Assembly (NCBI GenBank): GCA_001662655.1 | Contig: KV460266.1 | Length of the DNA stretch: 64,000 bases | From: Pseudogymnoascus verrucosus | Lineage: Eukaryota | Direction: 5' to 3' (one strand) | Part shown: piece after piece, positions 35,800 through 47,617 of the stretch | How positions within the stretch are numbered: position 1 is the first letter of the stretch | How the letters are laid out: each line of letters starts with the position of its first letter | Made by a program: the position numbers and the translations under genes | The notes under the pieces: generated by a model | Told to the model about the DNA's origin: nothing | The model's input: only the letters and a program-made list of their open reading frames with translations | Database searches by the model: none

Positions 35800-36932
35800 A
35801 TGGCATCACTACATCCAGATGGACTACAGCAGCTACCCGTCGAGATTTTCCTTAACATAGTCATGCAACTAGGCTCAGGGGATATCGGGAGTTTGCTTGG
35901 GAGCTCCAAGGTAGATGCCTCGTCTCACTCTTGCCCAGCTTATATCCCCACCTTGCTAATATATTGATACAGACAATAAGATCCATCCTAAAGAGCCACG
36001 AAGAGTACCTCTCTCGACAGTTCGCATCTTATCTCTACCCAAAAAGAAAACGAACGTCTAAAAAGCCCATCCTCGCCTGGCCTATCCTCACCCGCCCATC
36101 GCCCCCCTTAAAACCGAAACACATACTCTCACGCTGCATACCCACCCTCATCCGCTTCCCATATACCTTTTCCTGGGTAGCTGAGCAGGAAAAGCGCAAA
36201 AAAGTCCTCCGCGACCTCTCTAACTCCCAGCTCCTTAACGTCACCATCCCAAACCTACTAGTCTCCATCTTTGGGACCTCCACGCGCATCTGCGCCTGCT
36301 GCGGCCTTTCTGGCATCAAAGTCTTCAAGAGCCACGGCCTAAATATGCTCCTTAGACTGTCTGATGCGCGCATTTCAGGCAGCACGCCAGTTGAAGAAAA
36401 GAAGATCTCCATCGATGACGCACATCGTAGCCAAAAATTATGGATATGTCAGCAAGATAAGCTTGCGCTAGCGAGCATGCTCGCCCTTGTCTGGGTCGCC
36501 AGCACGACGTTTGACTACGGTGACAGGTCGACATGGGGCGCAGGCAGTTGCAACAACAACTGTGGGATACCTGGAGAGCAGAGTGAGGACATCAATCTCG
36601 CAAAGCGGCGGTGCACATATCGCGAACTGGCGCTGGTGCATGGGCCGTACTTTTTGTGGTGTAGCGTCAGTGAATCAGAGAAGGAGACGAGGTGGGTCAA
36701 GGACATGCTAGATGAGGGCGTGGAGTATGAAAAGGGCGTGGAGTCTATGGAGGGCGTGGAGTCTGAGGAGGGCGTGGAAGATGCTAGAATGGCGCATCAC
36801 AGCTTACAGAGTGTGTTGCTAAGTCGCCTTGCTGGGTTGAAGGGGTGGGAGGGGTGGGAGGGGTGGTATGAGGCGTTTTCTGCTTTTGGGGAAGAGATTT
36901 TATTTTGTAGGGCTTGGGGGGTTGCGCGTTGA
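35800..36932 (+). CDS. F-box-like protein, paralog of 16449-17534
   Basis: MASLHPDGLQQLPVEIFLNIVMQL, intron 35911-35972. Shares FDYGDRSTWGAG, YREL.L.HGPYFLWCSV and GWEGWEGWYE. Confidence 0.75.
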
Positions 36933-37226
36933 GAGTCAGACAGTAGAAGGCATTCGCTTGCTTTTGCATCTTTAATTATAGTAGTGTAGCGTTAAAATCC
37001 AGCCTTCCCGCAACGACCGAGACGTCTCACTCATTAATCTCGCATCCGCATCTATGAGCTTTTCTCCTGCATTAATGTTTGCTCACTACAGCTATAGCGC
37101 TTAAAGTGCACTTGTCCGTATTTGGAAACTCTGGCCAACGATGCCTTGGTCAGCCTCCACGATAGAACTATTTACGTCTCCCGTCTTCCGCCTTTTTGTT
37201 CTCCTCCACCTTAAGAGGCCGCAAAC

Positions 37227-37934
37227 ATGTCTCAAATCTACGAAAATGGCACCACAAATGACAAGGGGACGGAACAACTAAGACTTCCTCTTTCACCGAG
37301 ATCCACCCTACCATCACTTCTACATAGACGAAAGATTGCCCTCGAGGACAGCAAGAAACTTCATGAGGCAGAGATCGCACACCTACAGCAGCAGCTCGAT
37401 AACTTTTATAAGATAATCAGTGCAACAAAAACGCGTATAAAGGATACTTCGCTTAGCCTGAAGCAAGTAGAGCGGTCAATCATCAATGTGAATGAAGAGG
37501 AGATGGGGATTCAGGCAGAGCGAAATGCACACAACAGCGTCAACGATGCGGTGTACAACATAGCAGAAGCTGCGCTGTCCCCAGCCAATTCTATAGCGGC
37601 AGAATGGAGAGGATGTGCATGCTCGTCACACCAAGAAATCTACAAAGGCTGGCCAAAACACAACGCCGAGCTAACTATCGCTCAGTGCATGAGAACATGC
37701 ATGTACTGCGGTAGTAATTTTCGAGGGGCATCCGAGCTACGCAAACACATAAAGGGAGCAAGGTATGCTCGAAGAAACCTTTGTGTAAGGCGGGAGACGC
37801 GGGGGAGATATAGCTCCACTACTCCGGCCTGGACTGTCTCAATTCACAATCAGATCCTGAATCTAGGAATAGTTCCTACGACTGGACAGTGCCCCCAAAG
37901 ACTACTGGTGGAGATTGGAGAGCACCTTGCTTAG
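37227..37934 (+). CDS. Coiled-coil protein with a C2H2-like motif
   Basis: SPR...LLHRRKIALEDS coiled coil and CMYCGSNFRGASELRKHI. Family B motif (reverse complement) lies upstream at 37100-37150. Confidence 0.55.
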   Translation: MSQIYENGTTNDKGTEQLRLPLSPRSTLPSLLHRRKIALEDSKKLHEAEIAHLQQQLDNFYKIISATKTRIKDTSLSLKQVERSIINVNEEEMGIQAERNAHNSVNDAVYNIAEAALSPANSIAAEWRGCACSSHQEIYKGWPKHNAELTIAQCMRTCMYCGSNFRGASELRKHIKGARYARRNLCVRRETRGRYSSTTPAWTVSIHNQILNLGIVPTTGQCPQRLLVEIGEHLA

Positions 37935-38172
37935 ACATAGCGATCCTCACAGCAGTGCCTATCGATTGAGCAAAGATGAGGATACGGGAGGAGGGATGCT
38001 AGCAATAGACGTAAAGACGTTTACTATTAGATGTCTTAATAGAGGGAATAGTTCATTATAAAGCTAAAGTTCTTGGAGACATTGAGATCCTTAAACGAGG
38101 TCATCTAAATTGCTGGTAAATAACATAGGATTGAAGGGTCGACGCCATCAACAGTGCCAACTACTACCGAAA
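37895..38172 (-). pseudogene. Internally deleted remnant of the ABHD12-like hydrolase
   Basis: 37900-38005 aligns by eye to 14755-14860, and 38025-38172 aligns to 15205-15395, with indels and stops. Confidence 0.75.
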
Positions 38173-38468
38173 TAGAGAACTGTGAACGGGTTTGAGCGTT
38201 GCATCTACACAGGTGGTGGAAACTGAAAACGGGATCTAAACTTTAAATGAAAAAGATGAGGAAACGCAATCCTGGTCCCTGTTTCCCGCAATTCTTAGTG
38301 TCCAGAGGTTGGAATAACAGTTTCCAAAATCTATTTATAGTAGGCCATTAAAGTCCATACTTAAACTCCGTCTCGAGTGTCTTCTGTCTCGCTCCCCTTC
38401 ACAATTTCCCAACATTAATAATATACTGTTGTCGTATCCCTTTCATTGCCGTCTTCACTTTTCTTACA

Positions 38469-41400
38469 ATGGCTAGGTCTACCTGGATAGATATTCGAGC
38501 TGGTCTCGATGATTTAGTGTTTGAGGAGCACCGCCAAGCGTATGCGGAGTTTTCTGACCTAGTGGATGCAGATGCGCAAGCTCCACAGATGATAATGCTG
38601 GTAGGAGAGGTGCAGAAGACGGCATCCATTCAGAAGCTGGGCTTCGGGATGGCTAGAGCACCAAATCACAGTGGCGATATTCGGCTTTCTGTAGATCCAG
38701 AGACTACTCGCTGGGAATCCCCAGTGCTCATTGCCGACTGCGAACTTCACGTCCCAAAGACTTTTAGCAGGATCATAGCTGGAAAAGCCCCTCTAGGTAT
38801 CACGCGCAGGTCGCTAACCTGGCGAAAGCGGATGCCGCTAGGGATTGGAATTGAGCCAAAAGATATTTCTAATCTATTTTACACTCAAATTATGCTACCT
38901 TTTAGCACCCTGATCTGCTTCTTTGCAGACGACTTCCGGGGACTTGGGGAAGTCGCGATGCTCTTGGCGACATGGCTGGTAAATGTCATCAATTGCCCGT
39001 CGGACCTCCCGAACAACACACAACCCCGGATCATGATTCTACTAAAAGAAAACAACAGCGGCGAATTCAACGAGGAGACTGCGATGCCACAGTTTCTCCG
39101 AATGCTTGTGGAAGAGGCTGCACATCGCAGCCGGTCGCCGATAGAGCGAACTCGAGGTCGGATCTCTCCCGCAAATATAGCGATGCTATTTTCTCATTTT
39201 GGAAATATACGCATACTAGCTCTCCCGCAGCCTCAATCTCCCCACCGAGAGTGGAAAGCGCTTCGAAAACAAATCTTAGACGAGTCGGAGAGTGTATGCA
39301 TCGAACGTTCGAAGGCCCAATTTATCTTCTCTGCGACCCACCTCACATCGCTTTTTAGCTTCGCATGCGACCACTTTTGCGGCGATGTAGTGAGACCATT
39401 CAACTTCATACGTGCGTCACGCCTTCCGAGTCCTGTCCCAAGAAACATGGCTACGCACTTGTCAGAGTTTATGAGTCAAGTTGATTCCGTACGCCTCCAC
39501 ACCTTCGCTGTTCCATTTATTGCATCCGCTCTAGCCCTGGATGCGTACCCTCCTGAAATGCATGGTAAGGCGCTTGCTTCTGTTAACGGTACACCACCTA
39601 ACATGGCAGCAGTTTTTAATCCCCGCGCCGTCTTTGATGAGCTCTACAAGCAGATTTGTCAGGGCATTCGTAATCCTCGGAGCGAAAATGCAGAAGAGAA
39701 TGCCTTTGATACTTTGCAGTTAACTGATGCAATCGAACATCAGTTTTGTCAGAACGTTGTTGTTATTGCTGAAGGAAAGACAAGTGCTGCTGCTGCGCAT
39801 CAGAGCTGTCTATACTACTTTCGTGAAGAATGGGCTGAAATTCGCAGCACAACTTCCTGCTTTGGCTGCGTAGCAAGGCGACCAGAGCATGCTTGTTCCT
39901 GCGGACATGCCTTCTGTGATCTGTGCCTCGTCAATTATGGTAGGAGTGCTCCAGGTGCGCCGTGGACCATAGCGGTCAAATTTTGCCCATTGTGTGATGT
40001 TGAGGTAAACAAGGTTGTCAAGCTTAAGCCTCCAACTGCCGGGGTCCGCGTATTTACTGCTGATGGGGGAGGAGTGCGCGGCGTAGTCGGCATTCGATGG
40101 CTTAAAGTACTGGAATCTAACCTACGCCTCCCAATGCCCATTCAGGAGCATTTTGACCTTGTGGTTGGAACAAGTTCTGGTGAGACAGTCTAGCCAAGTT
40201 ATGGATGGATGATGCTAACTTTAATATAGGCGGATTGACGGGCTGGGGGCTGTCTGGCGAGGGTTGGTCAGTCGAAGAGTGTGACAATCGGTATGAGACG
40301 CTTTCAGGGGTAGCATTCCACACTGGACTTCCCCCCCAGCTGCATTCGATAGGTATAATCCAGATGATCCGACACATCATTGTCTCATGCACTACTGGCA
40401 GTCGCTATAGCTCCTCCGGAATCAAAAAAGCTATCTGTTCGTCATTTGGGGAAGATGCGGTCCTATTTGGCAATGCAACTAGTACTAAAATCGCAATCAC
40501 GGCTACAACCACAGACAAATCCTCTACCGTGATCTTTACAAACTATAGCGGTCCTCAAAGACCAGTGGGCTGCGGTGTGTAGGAATCTTTCTTCATTAAT
40601 TTATAGGATACTAATTAAAAAAGGTTACACAACCCCGAGCGGGAAAGACGCACGAGACATGAAGGTTTGGGAGGTGTAGGTCACCTATTCCGCTACCATC
40701 GGTATCACTTACTAAAACCTCATTAGTGCCCGAGTAACTTCCGCCGCCCCCCCGTGGGTATAATCTTGAATAAACAGGGTGCTACCAGCTGATGCATTTG
40801 ATAGATACTTCAAGCCATATAAGGGTTACCACGATGGCGGCCTTGGGGGCCACAACAATCCAGTCAACCTCGCACTCTGGGAACAAGATCTGATATGGGA
40901 TCGCAAAGGAAAGCAGCCCGATTTTGTGCTCTCCCTTGGGACTGGTTCAGCTATTGAAAGTGATAGCGGCGATACAGAAGGCAGAACAAATACCTCCTGG
41001 ATCTCCCAGTTGTTCTTGCCAAGACTGTTTAGGTCATTCATGAAGCTGCTAGACGGCCAGAAGACTTGGTTGGAGCTTCTGAATAGTGTACCTCAAGAAC
41101 ACCGATCTCGCTATCACCGCTTCACACTCGGCTTTCATGGACCAGAGCCAAAGCTGGATGATGTTAACTGTATGCAAGGCCTAAGAGAGAGAGTCGACAC
41201 TGATGCCTCACTACTAGCGGCCGAAGTTCGTCGCTGCATTGACAATATCCTGGCATCGCTCTTCTACCTAGAGCTTGACTGTCTGCCATTGGCTTCCGGA
41301 TTCAGCCTTCTGTGCCAAGCTCGAATATTGTGCCGGTTAGACCCGGGTACACGGGAGTTACGCGCTTTGCTATGGCAACTAAAGGAGAGCCAGGCACGCT

Positions 41401-41729
41401 TCTATGTTCAGTCTACAGAGCAGGTTCCCTGTGTTGATCAGGTATCCTATACCAAGATACAGCACGGCGAGCCATTCTGCACACCAGTGGAGTTTCGTAT
41501 ATCCTCCATGGATGATCTAGTAGACGTCAAGGTTGACGGGATAACCCAACGAGCTCGCAGTATAAGTAACTGTCCCTACAAATTATTAGACTTGGTGAAG
41601 GATCAGGGCCTTCATCGTGTTTTTGGTCGTCCGGATCATAAGAGGCGGCTTCCCCTTTTACACCACGCAGCGAAACGTCGTAAAATAACTCAGAATAAGA
41701 GTATGAGGCGGTGGTATGCTGGAAAATAA
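38469..41729 (+). CDS. Patatin-like phospholipase with a RING-like zinc module (Starship auxiliary PLP)
   Basis: CFGC..RRPEH.CSCGH.FCDLC...CPLC; DGGGVRG; GTSSG nucleophile; ARVTSAAP; DGG acid motif; VLSLGTG. Several short introns between 40180 and 40805. Confidence 0.9.
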
Positions 41730-41958
41730 CTTAGAATAAGAGCATGAGGGTAGCTCACCTTGATAAGGAATAAATGAACATGAAGGCATCCTACCGCGAT
41801 GCATAACACATAAACTTCAAGGCGGCCACATGATAGACCTCTCGCCCATTGCCATTATGTCCGTCGAAGAGGCGTGAAATGCCCGACCCTTCGAGACTAC
41901 GTGAGAGTAATTTAACTTATAGGTTCTTTAACATTTCATTAAACTAGATATCCCCAAG

Positions 41959-42357
41959 TCAAAAAAAGTTCGCAGCATCCATATCGAAGCCTTGCTGTTG
42001 TAAATACACATCCCACTCTCTCTGAATCCTCGTCTCATTCTCTTTCATGTTGAGGGTCAACTGTTCCACATGCTTTAGCCCTAGAGTTGTGCCCTTCACT
42101 AGTTCGTTCGTTGCTTTAATCACCTCATGGTAGTGGGCGAGGAGTTGCCGTAAGTGTGTGATCTCTGCTTTGAGACGTATCTGGCTCTCCTTAAGGGCTT
42201 TATTTCGCCTATGCAGAAGCAGCGTTGGGGCGAATCTTGGTGAAGGAGGAAGTGGCTTGTCGGGCATCAGTAGAGGTCTTGGTGATTCCAATGGCGTTAG
42301 CAGGAGTGGCCCTACTTCCTGCGAGCTGTTATCATGACTTGCGTAGCTTTTAGACAT
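41959..42357 (-). CDS. Small coiled-coil protein, paralog of the 37227 N-terminus
   Basis: SPRFAPTLLLHRRNKALKESQIRLKAEITHLRQLL; same GCCGCAAACATGTCT start context. Confidence 0.6.
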   Translation of the reverse strand: MSKSYASHDNSSQEVGPLLLTPLESPRPLLMPDKPLPPSPRFAPTLLLHRRNKALKESQIRLKAEITHLRQLLAHYHEVIKATNELVKGTTLGLKHVEQLTLNMKENETRIQREWDVYLQQQGFDMDAANFF

Positions 42358-42539
42358 GTTTGCGGCATCTTAGAAGAGAAGAAGAGTCCGGCGTGCCTGA
42401 TATTTATGACAGGAGGCATGGTAAAGAGCGAAAAGCGGAAAACAGAAACAAACAGGGCTATGGGCGGGAAGGCTGCCGATTTGCCGAAGGTTACGGCGGC
42501 AAAGGGTGGACCACAAGTCCCTAGCCAACGGAGGGCCTC

Positions 42540-42621
42540 CACTAGTCCCTACTTGGAAACTCTGGCCAACGGCCACAACCGGCCGCACCCGTTGGCCAGA
42601 GTTTCCAAGTAGGGACTAGTG
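42540..42621. repeat. Perfect 33-bp inverted repeat with a 16-bp spacer, made of family B heads
   Basis: CACTAGTCCCTACTTGGAAACTCTGGCCAACGG (42540-42572) and its exact reverse complement (42589-42621). Family B tail continues to ~42710. Confidence 0.95.
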
Positions 42622-42868
42622 ATTGTACCATTTTGGGAGCAATGGTTGCAGGGGGTCAGCTACTAACCTAGATGTAGAAGTGGCCACGCCTTGGGTACCG
42701 CTTCACGAATACTGAAAAACGAGTGCAGAAAATCGTATACTATAGACTGACTTCTGGAGAACAGACAAACTATATAATGAGCTCTAGGAGCCGTTCTCCC
42801 ATCATTACCAAACAAACCATTCAATATCACTCTTAACTAATCGTCTTTTATCATTCCTAAACCTTACA

Positions 42869-43718
42869 ATGAAGATCGTCAATACGTTACTTGCTTCCTT
42901 AATCGTTGCTTTGGCGGCCTCTCAAGAAGCTCCGGCGATGTGCATAACTAGCCCTATAAGTACTTTAGCAGCAGGGGAGGTTGCACGAGCTTCGTAAGCA
43001 TTGTCATCATAGCGGTAGTATCTCGGCTAACCACAGCTAACTACAGCGTCTGGAATCCAATTGGCCGTAGCTGTCAAGCCACGCTGTCATTTGCAGACGA
43101 CAACTTCCTGCCTGTGCATTTTGATACACGTCCCAACACCTGCCTTGGCGCTCAGCAGATGGAACTAACAATCCCAAACGAGGTACCTAACGGGGAAGCG
43201 TTTCTATCGTGGTTAGTATGAGAGTTACTTTTTTGAGTCCAAAGGCTAACATATATAGGCTCTGTGCTGGGGAAGTCGCAGCTTTGTGTTCGCGGGTAAG
43301 GCTTGTTAAGGGCCAAAGCGACGTCGCAAGATTAGCACTAGCCCAGACTGCATCTTTAGTTTGCGAGGTGCTTGCAACGACATTTGCCACCTTGACAACA
43401 TCTACCTCTACTGCAGCTACGACATCTACAACTAGTGGGTGGGACGTGGCGGCTACGAGTCTGACAGAAAGTGGATCGTCCGCAAGTCGGACGCAAAGTG
43501 GGTCGTCTACAAGTCCAACACAAAGTGGGTCGTCTACAAGTCCAACACAAAGTGGATCGTCTGCAAGTCCAACACAAAGTGGGACAAGAGGGGCGGCGAC
43601 CACTAGTGCTGGGATTGGATCAGCGATGTCCCAGGCGGCAAGCGCGGATGCCATAACAGTCAAACCGGTTACTCCATTACCAACACCATCACCAGTAGAA
43701 TTGTGTCCATGTAATTAG
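42869..43718 (+). CDS. Secreted Cys-containing, Ser/Thr-rich protein
   Basis: Signal peptide MKIVNTLLASLIVALAAS; introns at about 42994-43046 and 43212-43258; (TQSGSSTSP)n repeat. Confidence 0.7.
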
Positions 43719-43881
43719 GGGAATGGCAGAGCCTAGGGTGTGGCTGAAATGTCTTTATATTTCCTTTGTTCGCTCTCTGTTTACACTTTGGTTTCTGTTT
43801 GTTCTTCGCTCTTAGTTTTATAGTTTGCTCTTTCATTTGCACGCTCTATTTGTACGTTGCTTTATCTTTTGTACCTACACG

Positions 43882-44208
43882 ATGGGTCACCCAACCTATA
43901 GTAAAGCTGAAATAAACTGGATGTTATTTTACAAACTACTCAACCTCTCATTGGAACAGATTCAGTGTCTCCATAATGCTCGGTTCGAGGGCGTGCCACG
44001 AACGGTGGATGCTATCCAGACTAAGTTAAAAGAAGTCAAGCGTGCCAACAGCCTACAAGCAGAAGATGGCGAAGGAATCTGCCTTTCCCGTCTTGATCGA
44101 TACTTGACGGAAAGCACTCGGGAATTTGACATCACTCTTCGCCAGCATTTCCATCTTAAACGGCTTCCAGATGGAGATCGCAAACTCCTCGACAATCTAT
44201 GTATGTAG
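43882..44208 (+). CDS. Small Myb/SANT-like helix-turn-helix protein
   Basis: YSKAEINWMLFY...SLEQIQCLHNARF...RTVDAIQTKL. Confidence 0.5.
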   Translation: MGHPTYSKAEINWMLFYKLLNLSLEQIQCLHNARFEGVPRTVDAIQTKLKEVKRANSLQAEDGEGICLSRLDRYLTESTREFDITLRQHFHLKRLPDGDRKLLDNLCM

Positions 44209-45630
44209 TCGCCACTCTTGACGACAGCAGTATACTTATTTGTTGCTAAATAGATTAATTCCTCGGAAATCTACGAGTCTATCGAATGGTGCACTTAGGA
44301 GGCTGAGAGGCTGGGAGAATGATAATATTTATTGTTTAACTATCACACGACTATTTTTATATACAAATAAATATCATATTGCTTCTATAACCTCTCAAAG
44401 AATAGCCAACAACCCACCATCCTTCTCCTCCACGATCTCGAAGCCCTCCGCATTCTTAAGCTCCAGCTCCACTCTCCTATCGACCCCCAAATCGCCATCG
44501 CTCAGAATCTCTTATGAGGCGAGTCCACCCTGCATCCATTATCATTTATATCCCACGATTTTTGAGCAGCGGCTACAGTAGTACAGATTGTGCCCAAACT
44601 TGACCATCCCGCTGGCACAAATTTCGTCTGAAGAAACGCGGCCATTCTTTGAGATGGCTTCAACACTCATAGTGCATCGAAAGCAGCATAGGACTTCGAC
44701 AGAGGTGGTTTGAAGCGCTATGAGGCACTTTGTGAGATCCATGGAGTTTGGATTGCTCTGACTCGGCGTTATAGGACACTTTGTAGAATCCATGGAGTTT
44801 GGATTGCACTGACTCGGCGTTATCGGAGTTGTGTAGAATGCTTGCCAAACGGTTTCTTATTATCGTCGGTATTTCGAATAAGCGCGATAGTTCCCCTTAC
44901 CCCGAACTTGAAGGACATTCTTCAATATATGGTAAACTAAGTTCTGTATACCGCTAATTGACCCCTGCAATGCCAGAGCTTCCTCATTAGTGTTAGCTTA
45001 GCTTGGGCAGTACTTAAATAAAGCTGGACATCAAGGACTAGATTGCATATTAATTTATTTTCCACGGTTGTTCAAGCTATCAATAATGCATCTCCTTCAA
45101 ACAGCACTGTTCTTAGCTACCTCGAGCTTGGCTCACACAAGCCCCTATCAAAGGTTTGTCTCTATCCAGCCGCACTCGCCTATACTAATATCAGCAGATC
45201 TTTCGGGCCCTGGAGCAGGGAAAACCTGACATTTGCGACCCCGACAGGTTCTTTTGCGTGCAACAGCCTCTTTCCAACCAGCCAGGCTGTTAGCTCACAC
45301 CAAACCGCCGTCTCAATTGGTTTAGGTCATCGCAACGACATTGCCACAGCTTCAGCAATCACCACATACACCCAAACTTTCCCAACGCCGCCAGCCATAA
45401 GCCCTCCCATCCGGAATGGGGGACATCGGCTTCCAATTGGATGGGCATCGACGCTTTTTCTAAACTCATGGCCCATTATATATTACTACGCGCGGCTGTT
45501 GCTCATTTTGTTCCTTCTCCTTCTTATCTTTTTTTGATATGTATCTTGTCGGAGAAACGAGTGTGTAGTTCTGAATCAATCTTTTATTCCGCGCGTCAGG
45601 ACCTGCTTAGTTTAAAGCATATTTAGCTAT

Positions 45631-46130
45631 CTATATGATGATACTATTATATGCCTTTGATATAAGCGTACATGGCTTCCTACATGTTGGGCATGTTTTG
45701 CGTACGAGAACCCATCGTAAAATGCACTCTTGACAAAATGCATGGCCGCATGATAAAAAATGAGAATTCGGGGTTCCGTAGCAGATACGGCACATTGACG
45801 CCTTTATCCTCTCTCGCTCAGCCTCCTCTAATGCCGTAATTCGAGACTTATAGCCCGCAATTTCTAGTTCATAGTTCTGGCGCTGGATTTGCCCATCTTC
45901 TAGTTTGTCGACATGGCCCCGGAGATTGAGGAGAAGCATCGCAATATCCCGATTTTTATCCAAATCCAGATCATGGGTGCGTATTTGCTCTCGTCTGACA
46001 ACAGGATCATCATGATCAGAGATGACAATCGCGGTTCCTTAGGCAGAGGTTAATTAGAAGCATTTAAAATGGGTTGGGTATATTTACCTGGGGTACACCC
46101 ATCCTGTGCATACTTTTTCTCTGTTTCCAT
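45631..46130 (-). CDS. RING-finger (C3HC4) protein
   Basis: CRICY...LSCGHAFCQECILRW...CPTCR preceded by a coiled coil. ATG 46130; intron 46087-46038 keeps frame. Confidence 0.8.
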
Positions 46131-46388
46131 GATGGTCGAAGTCGATGAACAGTGCGGCGTATTCACCTTCCCCAGTTCGTGTGACGTTTTATTATGTTGG
46201 AAAGACTTCGGGTGTGGGAGTTGCGTCTTTTAAAGTGTTTTCGCTTCCTGATACGGCGCGTAGATTGTTGTTCATTGGATCACAGGGGAGCAATTTCCAG
46301 CAGGCATTCTCATACGGCGACGAGTCACGATTTGAGAATACATAAATACCACGATCTACCACTACTCTTCTAAGTTTACGGCCTATGC

Positions 46389-46956
46389 TTATTCATTCTC
46401 AGGCCCTGATTTCATGCGCTTAATTGGCATATGGTCCTCGTCGGCCCTCTTTCGCTTGGATGGCTGTCGATTTTGCTCAATCAGTAAACCCTCATCACTA
46501 TTAACACCCATATCGAAGAATGGCGTTCTCTGAGATACGTCGGTCTCAATCTGCACAAAGGTTAGCCTCTTGAGCATAAATAGGAGTTTGAGTACTAACT
46601 GCTATCCCAATATTATTCATCTGCTGGCAACCTGGACAGTTTCTAAGGGCCTCTTCAGCGTGTGTGCGTTTCTCATTTGCGCTAACAACTTGTCTCTGCA
46701 TCGATTGCAGAGACAATGTTAGGGCTCGCGATGACTCTCTCTCAAGGGCCAGCAGTGTTTCGTAGTGACCGAGCTTTAGGAGAAGATGGTGGGCTTTTGA
46801 CCTGGTTACATTATGGGCTGCAACTTCCTCAGGTAGGTGCCAAGATAGATCTTGAGGGCTCGTTGCTGTAGGAGAGCGGAAACCCCCTAGAAGCAAGTTG
46901 TTCCCGGATTTTCTAGAAGGAAACAGCCCTGAGCGTTCTGGGATTTGTAGAGCCAT
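46389..46956 (-). CDS. Hypothetical coiled-coil protein (frameshifted or spliced)
   Basis: ORFs 46546-46956 and 46389-46577 overlap; basic NLS-like KRKR tail; TATATA upstream. Confidence 0.45.
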
Positions 46957-47039
46957 GTTTAATAGATATAATGAGTGAAGTTGTTAAAATACAAGACGGA
47001 TATGGCGGTCTATATATACAGCAGATTCTATCTACTGGT

Positions 47040-47165
47040 AGAGTCAACCTTTGGACAAGCCAGAGGAAGCCTTGAATGGCCAGAGGTTGCTAATTATAGC
47101 AGATTTAGTCAACCTCTGGCCAGGCTAGAAGCGCAAAGAATGGATGGCTAGAGGTTCCTAATTAG
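47040..47165. repeat. Two tandem imperfect inverted repeats (GTCAACCTCTGGCCA...TGGCCAGAGGTTG)
   Basis: Read directly at 47043-47090 and 47108-47157. Confidence 0.75.
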
Positions 47166-47245
47166 GATATAACAGCGGCATCTTATACGGGGAACCATAC
47201 GATGCATGTGACAGGTTCTATGCTTATTCTCCCCTACTTGTGCGC

Positions 47246-47617
47246 CTAAGTGCTTCCCCCTCCATATTCCAAAATCAAGTCACGAAAGCTCCTCGAGGCC
47301 GTTTCTGCCAGTTTTGCCACGACCTCTATTTGCAAGCTCAACACTGTTTCCCTCTCCTTTCCTAGATCTGGCCCAAGAATTCTGTCGTCCTGCATAGGCG
47401 CTGTTGTGGCTAATGGAATCGGTTTTTGTCGTTTCGATGGAGGACGATCCAAACTGTAAGAGGTGATTCGGCCACGTTTTCCTACTTTTCGCAAGCCACC
47501 CAAACTTCGATTATCGTTATATAATTCATTATATCGTCGCTGAATCTTCTTCCATGACATGCCATTAGCCTGCCACTCCCGAATTTGCCATTTTTGAGTA
47601 TTGGTATATGGGTTCAT
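47246..47617 (-). CDS. Small Myb/SANT-like protein
   Basis: YTNTQKWQIREWQANGMSWKKIQRRYNELYNDNRSLGGLR. Confidence 0.6.
   Translation of the reverse strand: MNPYTNTQKWQIREWQANGMSWKKIQRRYNELYNDNRSLGGLRKVGKRGRITSYSLDRPPSKRQKPIPLATTAPMQDDRILGPDLGKERETVLSLQIEVVAKLAETASRSFRDLILEYGGGST

Noticed and set aside
44542..45537. Short ORFs, including a ~57-bp tandem duplication near 44720-44825 and ORF 45043
   Set aside because: No clear ATG or gene model and no domain; not supportable as genes.
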